Made by a program: the position numbers and the translations under genes. The notes under the pieces are model-generated. The model was given only the letters and a program-made list of their open reading frames with translations. It made no database searches and was not told where the DNA came from. From Malacoraja senta (taxonomy: Eukaryota): DNA of 64,000 bases. Shown here in pieces: positions 51,601-60,600 of this stretch (within the stretch, counting starts at the first letter, position 1; each line of letters begins with the position of its first letter). The stretch spans positions 25,236,001 through 25,300,000 of the forward strand of contig CM075988.1 in the NCBI GenBank assembly GCA_038087875.1. The letters are read 5' to 3'.

Positions 51601-54600
51601 AAAAAAATCTGGTACAACATGAATGATATTTATGGAGTTACTAGGCTCAGAAACTTAAGGAACGAAATGAACACACATCTTGCTGATAGCAGTTACATAA
51701 TATGACATTATTAAAGGTAGACACAAAATTCTGGAGTAACTCAGCGGGGACAGGCAGCATCTCTGGAGAGAAGGAATTGGTGATGTTTCGGGTCGAGACC
51801 CTTCTTCAGTCTGAAACGTCACCCATTCCTTCTCTCTGGAGATGCTGTCTGGCCTGCTGAGTTACTCCAGCTTTTTGTGTATACCTTCAATTTAAACCAG
51901 CATCTGCCATTCTTTCCTACACATGACATTATTAACTTGTTCAACCAGCTCAACCTGCCATTCTTTCCTACACATGACATTATTAACTTGTTCAACCAGC
52001 TCAACACACGAGCCCACGACTGGATGGAGAGAGGAATCACTCCGACTGAATGCCTCGCCAGCGGGCACGACCTCCCATGGCCAACCTGGAAGACCCTCAA
52101 CAGATTACGAGTGGAGCAGGGGAGGTGTAAAGCACTTATGAAAGCATGGTACTACCAGGCAGAAGACACATGCAGCTGTGGAGCAGTACAGACAATGTCC
52201 CACCTACTGGAGTGTGACGACGCCCCCCAGTGCAGCCCCCAGGACCTGGCTGAACCGACCCGACCAGCTGTGACCTGCGTCAGATACTGGCAGAACGACA
52301 TCTGAGATTGCAACGGACTCGAAGAAGATTAACTTGTTTGTTTCATTAACTTGCAAACCTGCGATCCTTCCTTTGCAAATGCATTAGATCAGAACAATGT
52401 CAATAATAAAAACAATAGGCCATCACCCTGCTCTAAAGGCAAGACAATTCACTTCTATTAAATTAGCACAGCAAATAAATGTTAATGTAAGCAGTTTGCT
52501 CATGAACACACAACACAATCCTTTCATCAAGATTAGCGGCATTTAGGCAGAGTTTCAACACTTACTCAGCAGGATCTTTCAACTCATTGCAAAATAGGAG
52601 GGAATGTGTAAGAAGGAACTGCAGATGCTGCTTTAAACCGAAGATAGACACAAAATGCTGGAGTAACACAGTGGGACAGGCAGCATCTCTGGAGAGAAGG
52701 AATGGGTGACGTTTCAGGTGAAGAAGGGTCTCGACCTGAAACGTCACCCTATTCCTTCTCTCCAGAGATGCTGCCTGTCCCGCTGAGTAACTCCAGCATT
52801 TTGTGTCTATCTTCAAAATAGGAGGGAATCAGGTCAGTGTTTCTCCCCAGGCTGCAGCAGAGGCTCTAACCACACTCAACTAGCTCTAATGGACAGGCCA
52901 TATTCTTCATGTGTCTCCCGAAACCCAGGTCACTGTCCCCCACATTTAATCTGGAAGGAACTAAGCACCTCAGGTCTCCGTGATAGTGCAACAGAAACAA
53001 GCCATGATTAGATCGTCATGCACTAGTCTCATTCATAGCTAGTTTTAGAATGTTAAGAGATAAAGTGTGGAAACAGGCCCTTCGGCCCCCAGTCCACACC
53101 AACCATCGATCACCCATACACTAGTTCCACGTCCTACACACAAGAGGCAATTTGCAGAAGCCAATTAACCTGCAAACCTGCTCGTCTTTGGAATGTCCAA
53201 GGTAACAGGAGCACCCGGAAAAAACCCCATATGGTCACAGGAAGAACATACAAACTCCATAGTGACATTAGTGTGAATCGAGCCCCAGGGCACTCTACTG
53301 CTGTACTCACAGCAGAGTAAAGAAATATGAACTCGAGGGGACAAGAGGAAACATTTTAAGGGCTCTCTCAAAGCAAGCACTACAGAGGAGTCCGACATCA
53401 AAAGTCTGAGAAATATTAGCCAAGACCCTGCGGCATCACATCATGGAGAAAATGTTGTTTTGAGGGCAACAGACACACCTCGGAGGAAAAAAAAACAACA
53501 GGGGACAAAAAAGACAAGATACAACTCCGATCCTCCATTTGCCGATTCTCAATAGTATCTGTCAGATATGCCGGTCGGTCTAAGGATTGGAATTCTTCAC
53601 CATCAACACATTCCCTACAATCATGAGCCATGAAAGAGATTGTCCTCAACCATGAAAGATTTGCAAAGTGTAACTAGTCATATGGAACGGATTAGGCAAA
53701 AAGTCAAATACCACCCCCCATAAAAATAGGTAAATCAACTGAATAACTGATTTAAAATGGTAACATTGAAGGGAGGGGGGAGAAGAAGGGAAGAGAGAAA
53801 ATGAAGACTGGAGAATAATGATAATTATTCAATATACACTACTCTCCCGGCAACAGCTGTGGAACATATTCTGAGAAAATCTTCTTGGTCACATTAGGTA
53901 TTTATGTTCGTTTTTATTATAGAGTCAAAGATCAGTATTGAACACTTTTAAAGACCAATAGCTTTTCTTTTACTCTACGTTCTATTAAAGCAACTACACC
54001 ATCAGAGGATATATCAGAATACTCACCAACTTCTTTGTGGCAAACATGTATTTGCCTTGCAACTGAAACTCTTCTACTCCATTCAAAATTATCTCATGGT
54101 TTTCACTCTGAAAGAGATCACTGCTTTTGATGATGCTTGAGGAAGTCATTGGCTCATGGCGTTCAACGTAAATTGTAGTAGATGAGTCGTATGGTTCTAC
54201 ACCCCTGTAAAATTGGATAACAAATGTACTTTGTTTCTGAAAATACTTTAATGGGATAACAATCGTTCTGTGAATTGTACTACAGTCATGAGAGGAATAG
54301 ATCGAGTAGACGCACAATCTCTTGCCCAATGTTGGGGGGATCGAGAACCAGACTATGCAGCCCTTGCTGTCTCCTCCCCTTCTCAGCTCTCCCTCAGCCC
54401 TCTGGCTCCTCCTCTTCCTTTCTTCTTCCCGCACCCCCCCCCCCCCCCCCCCACCCTGCATCAGTCTGAAGAAGGGTTTCGGCCCAAAACGTTGCCTATT
54501 TCCTTCGCTCCATAGATGCTGCCGCACCCGCTGAGTTTCTCCAGCATTTTTGTCTACCTATGTAGGTTTAAGATGAGGGGGGAAAGATTTAATAGGAACC

Positions 54601-57600
54601 CGAGGGATACTTTTTTTCACACAAAGGGTGGTAGGTGTATGGAATGAGCTGCCGGAGGAGGTAGTTGAGGCTGGGACTAATGCAATGTTTAAGAAACATT
54701 TAGACAGGTAAATGGATATGACAGGTTAAGAGGGATATGGGCCAAATGCAGGCAGGTGGGACTATGTGGATGGGACATATTGGCCGGTGTGGGCAAGTTG
54801 GGCTGAAGGGCCTGTTTCCACGTTGTAACACTCTATGACTCTAGTTCCAACTTCGTTGGGCCAACTTGCAGTCAAAATTTATCCACAGCCATGTCTCTTT
54901 TTTCCAATTGTTTAAGAAGGAACTGCAGATGCCGGAAAATCGAAGGTACACAAAAATGCTGGAGAAAGTCAGCGGGTGCAGCAGCATCTATGGAGCGAAG
55001 GAAATAGGCAACGTTTCGGGCCGAAACCCTTCTGGGTTTCGGCCCGAAACATTGCCTATTTCCTTCAGGGTTTCGGGCTGAAACGTTGCCTATTTCCTTC
55101 GCACCATAGATGCTGCTGCACCCGCTGAGTTTCTCCAGCATTTTTGTGTACCTTCACTTTTTTCCAAGATCAATCTAATACAAGCTATTCTGACATTCAT
55201 CCCAACAAACCAACACAACCGATTATGCCATAGAATCAGCAGAAACGTGGATAGAAGCAACACATTTAACAGATTCCAAGATGCACAGTTCTACAATGCT
55301 ATAAATCATTCAATAATACGTGTTTAGAGATTCTGAATCAAGTACTCGACTGCCCTCTCATTACTACATGCTACATTAATGCTACATTACTCAATGCTAC
55401 ATTAATATCCATACCAGTAGTAAGATTTGACATGTTCCTGAATTAAGACCCAACTTTGTCCAAAGTCATCAGATTTCCAAAGCTGCAAGATAAAACCATA
55501 ATTTGCTTAGTAAAAGCTGCACTTAAGCATACATTCTTGGTCGCTTTTATATATTGATCTGATAGAGAGAAATTAACAACTTCAAGATTCCCACTGCATG
55601 ACCCAAATTCCAAAATATGTAGGGCTTAAAATGTTAATTTCCCCAGCTACCAATAATTAGGCAGAAAAACAATTAAAACAGAGAAGGAGCTTCTACATTC
55701 CATTTTGGCATATCATAAATGTTTTAAATAGCATGCATCAGGACAACAATAAAGCAGATAATGATGCAACACAAGTCCACAGATGGAGAATGGTAGTGAT
55801 TTTCCTATCAATAATAATAAAAAGCAGTTTAAAACTATCTTCTTCCAACTTCTGGGGCAGGCTTGCTACTCCCAACACCAGAATCAGAATCACACTTTTT
55901 TCGCCAAGTATGTTTTGCAACATACGAGGAATTTCATTGACCAGATCAGTCATACAAGAAAAAGCAACAGATCACTCAAAAACACATTTTAACATGAACA
56001 TCCACCACAGTGACTCCTACACATTCCTCACTGTGATGAAAGGCGAAATAAAGTTCAAGTCTCTTCCTTCAATTCCTCCTCGGTCGTTGACGGGACGATC
56101 TTGACTCCCGTAGCCGGCGGCGTTCGGGCTCTCCGCGACGAGGTGATCAAGCTCCCGCATCGGGGGGATGTCAGCTCCCCCCCACGCTGGGCGATCGAAC
56201 CTCGCGCGGGGCTGGTCGAACTTTCGCGGTGTTGGAGCTCCCGACTCGGCCTCACCCGAGACTGCGAGCCCTTGATGTTGATTCCCCGGTGGTTGCGGTA
56301 GGAGTGATCCCAGGCAAGGGATCAGCTCCGATGTTGAGTCCACGCCCCGCGGTGGGGCTCACGACAGTCCAAGGAGGCTTCCCAACCCCCATTCCCAATA
56401 GCTTCCTGGAACATTTACCTTACCAAGACTTACACAGTGGGTACACAAGATTCTACAGATGCTAGAAACAGGAGCAAAAAACAGTCTACTGGAGGAACTT
56501 AGTGGCCAGGCAACATCCATGGATGAAATGAACATACTATGTTTCAATTTGGACCTCCTTCAGACTAAACTATCCATTTTCCTCCCCAGGTGCTGCTTGA
56601 CCCACTGAGTTCCGCCAGCAGTCTGTTTTTTATTGCTCATACTACAGTAGGTTCTGCTGCCTTGTGGTCAGTTTTAAACATCAGGGAATTGCTGCTCACT
56701 GAATGATCTCCTTGGATGACAAGCAGGCATGTGGTTCAGGCAATGAAATAATCTGAACCTGCTTGGTGTCATTGCTGAATGGTCACACTAAGTTGCTTAC
56801 CACATTCCTTCCCAGGAGTTCAAATCAACTTCAAAGTTGAGTCCACAATGTCGAAACTGAAATTTTTGCTCTGCGATATGTAGTTTGAAAATACCTGACA
56901 ACTGAGAAATTATGTCCTGGAATCTAATCAAGTAATCAACACTTTGCACTGAATCATGCATACAGCCGTTAGCTGCAGACTCATAAGGAACGGCTGGTTA
57001 TTGGAGTAGTTGTGCAGCACAATCAAGGCTTCTGTGTCTGTGTACGACATGTACAATTGACCTCAGTCTGTCCCTGGATTCATCATCTACTTCAATAGAC
57101 AATAGGTGCAGGAGTAGGCCATTCGGCCCCTCGAGCCAGCACCGCAGGGGCATCTGCAACAACCCAAGCTGAAGGGCTGGATATTGGCACATCATGCGCT
57201 GTTCCATCCATTTGAATAGAGCCACCAACCTAAATTAAGAAGCCCAGTTGATGTTCCAAGTACTTCAATACTTAATTACATGCTAAATAGTAGGCCTCCC
57301 TCGGTCATGACTGACCATGGGTGATGCATCCTGGTCGGATGCAAGCCTGGGCGATGTCATATGGAGGACAGGCTGTTGCCCATGCAGCACGTCCCCCCTC
57401 TCCACGTCGCTGATCGATCCAAAGCAACAGCAGGGCCGTTACAGTTTGGCACCAGCGCCGTCGCAGGAGCTGCCAGAGCGAGGTTGTAGACAACGACGAA
57501 CTGCCTTAGGGGCTCCGACTCTGGATTTTCTTGAGGTTTACTCCTGGAGCCTTTTCCATGACTGGATATGGCCACAAGGCAGTGGAGGTTTTAAATCAGA

Positions 57601-60600
57601 GTTTTAACCTCTCCTAGATGGACTGCCTTCCCAGGCTGACGAGCCCCACCTGCTAAATAACAACGCTAAATAACATAATTGCTAAAAAATTATAGAAAAG
57701 CAGGGTGACAGCATTTATTTTATACGGACAAGTTGGTCAAAAGGTTATGCACTTCGTGGCTCTAACAGTATAGTGCTTGACTGGACAAGTTTGGACTGGA
57801 CATCCACACCATTAAACATGGCTGCCTGGACTTTATTATTACTGAAGGAAAATGTTGATTATGTAGTTAAGTCCTTTTGAAAACGATTTATGTTATACAC
57901 AAGAGTACCTTAGCTTTTGCTTTAATGTGTGCCATTTTTGGATGGCAGATTGACTGATGAATATATTAAGATAACCCATTTCTACACTTTCATTACAAAT
58001 AAATGTAAAAATGATTACTTTTGTATTGACATAGCATGCACACATTTGTACATGGAAGTCCGACTACTTTCTTGTGCCAAACATGCTTTATACACTATGC
58101 CCTTAAATATTTCAATAAAAGATAAATTTCTACTTAATAAACAATAGGTTTTTTTTGTTTCATGTCTTAGTAGCTTGAAAGGGGGTGGGAGATTGCAACC
58201 TTCATGTGGTCTGCCCGGTTTCAATGAATGCAATCAACCTGGCGTGCACAATCAAATAAGATCAAATAGAACAAGTTGTCCTACTTTAGGCTGTGCACGC
58301 CATACGCAAGAAGAAGAAGGAGTAGCTTGAAAGTAGCAATCCTACTTAGATTTTCACGAAGCAGCATCATTGCCCATTCATTTTCTGCATTAGCAAACAC
58401 CCGAGACAAATAATGAACCATACCTGCTTGTTTGGATGAGTGCTATCATAACCAAGTACGAGGTTGGGGTTGGTGCTGTGTAGGAGGAGATCTGTTGGGC
58501 TGAATGGAATAGGGAAGTTCTGGATGTCATTGCAGAAGTTTAAAGTGGTCCATAAGTAGTGATTTCTGGTGTCTGTAAAAATGTACTGAGACAAACAGGA
58601 AAAATAGGCATGTAGTTAAAATTTGCCTGCATAACAAACAAGAATACCTACTGCTACTGAATTGCTACTACTGCCACTAATCAGTAACAAGAATCTCTTA
58701 ACCTCTTCACCATCACAATAGGGTAATTAGCCATCAATACTTTGATATCAAACTTTAAAAGTAACAAGATTCTGTATTTAAAAATTATAATTGGTAGGAT
58801 AAATTATGCATAGATCTTGAACAATAAATACAAAACCATCAGCATCTATCCTGTTTAAATTGGTGCTTTTGTTTTCAAAGTAGATTAGATTAAATAAAAT
58901 CTGCAGCATCCAAATTATTAAACAGAATATAGTCCCAAAATTAATCATATTTGAAAGATGTGCTGCCAATAACAATGTATTATGCTAGTAGTCAGGTCAG
59001 TTTCACTATAAAGAATTCCCACAACACTTCATCACATTGCACACGTCACAATTTAATTTATGATTTATTCACACAGGCTACAATAACCATAATTTATTTT
59101 GTGAGGTGAGAATTAATTTTTTAGTGAGAGGCTTTCCAGAAGTCACAAGAGCAATGCACTCCTTTGTGAAAAAACCTGACAAAAAAGCCCAATGAAAAAA
59201 CATATCCTGAAGATATGTTAAACATATCCTAAAATGCAATCCTAAATTAGGAATATGAGAATGTACAGAAACATTGAAACAAATATAATTTCAGCAATTA
59301 GCTTCAAAGGCAAAGGTTTAATAGTTTCCCATTGATCCTGGCATCAACACCACTCCAGTGGGTAGTTTGTGGGAGGCAAGATGCAGTTTAGCAGCAAAAG
59401 GTTGAGAAAATGGGTGGCATGATAACACTATCAAGCTCGACATCAGTTTGCACTGCGTTTGCATTGCTGAGAGACTTAATGGTTAGGACCACATTGTACA
59501 TCACTCACAAAAATAATCATCAATTTCTGAGGACAGCCAAATTTGGGGAAAAGAAAGATTCTTCCATGAATTCTCTCTACAATATCTTTTGACTCTATCA
59601 GCTAAATCCACAAAGGATAGGTCTCCTATATTTTATCTTGACTTTATTATGTCCTTTGTTCCAGATTGGTCGACAAAGAACATGATATTTGTTGCATTGC
59701 AGTTGTGTGGCTGAAAAGATCTTGAAAATGTTCCTTCCAGCATGTGCTAATTGCCCTGGCAGGATTTAAAAATTCACAACCTTCTGTCTCAAAGGACCAA
59801 GGTAGCTAATAGTGTGGGAGCTGCAGCAAGATATACGACCTATTTTCCTCGTCAAAAGCCAGAGAAATGCTGCAGGAAAATAACTGGTGGTTCTCGGTCA
59901 CTTTATTGTTTAAAACTAGTGCATCTTTGAATAATCTAAAATTACCCATTTTATTTAGAATCTATTATTTGTGAATATACCTCAAACTTGTTTTTAATGT
60001 CCACATCTATTGCTTATAACAACCTTCCATTACCATGGAGCATTTCATGGAATTCCGAGCTTTTGTACATACCTACCCCAGTCAAGGCATGCACTCCTTG
60101 TGTCCCTGCTGCAATAGAACAGGAATAAAAACAAATGCTTTCTTCCTTCTCTAGGCCTGACTATGTTTCTCCATTGATTTAGAGCATATGGACAGACACC
60201 TTTATAAACGGTTATTATTTTTTGCCAATCCTCAGCTGGGCTCAAGGTGTTGGTGGTCACAATCACCTTCCTGAGCTATTGCGGCTTTTATGAAGATACA
60301 TCCATTGTGCTCTTGGATAGCAATTTCCAGTACATAAAATTAGCAAAGATGAGGAAAGTGTATTAAGGCAACTATTCTTCTTTTAATGCCATCATCTAAA
60401 GTTTTACATTGTTCATTGAAATCAATAGATTAAAAATCTTGAAACCAAAGCATTTGCACCGACAGAAATAAACAGGGTACCAATAACTACAATCTTTGCA
60501 TAAAGAGGTGTTTGTTAAGAGGACAGCTGATAGTGACTTTCATCGGTGTTGCTCTGGGAACCCCAATAAATTATAAAAGAGACAAATTAGTTCATAATGA

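Noticed and set aside
53994..54527. 177-aa minus-strand ORF as a separate gene or longer exon
   Set aside because: Only 54027-54204 is SORL1 exon 6; the rest is repeat and intron read-through.
55361..55406. Short ATGCTACATTA tandem repeat beside the exon 5 donor
   Set aside because: A small slippage duplication that leaves the donor intact; no evidence of function.
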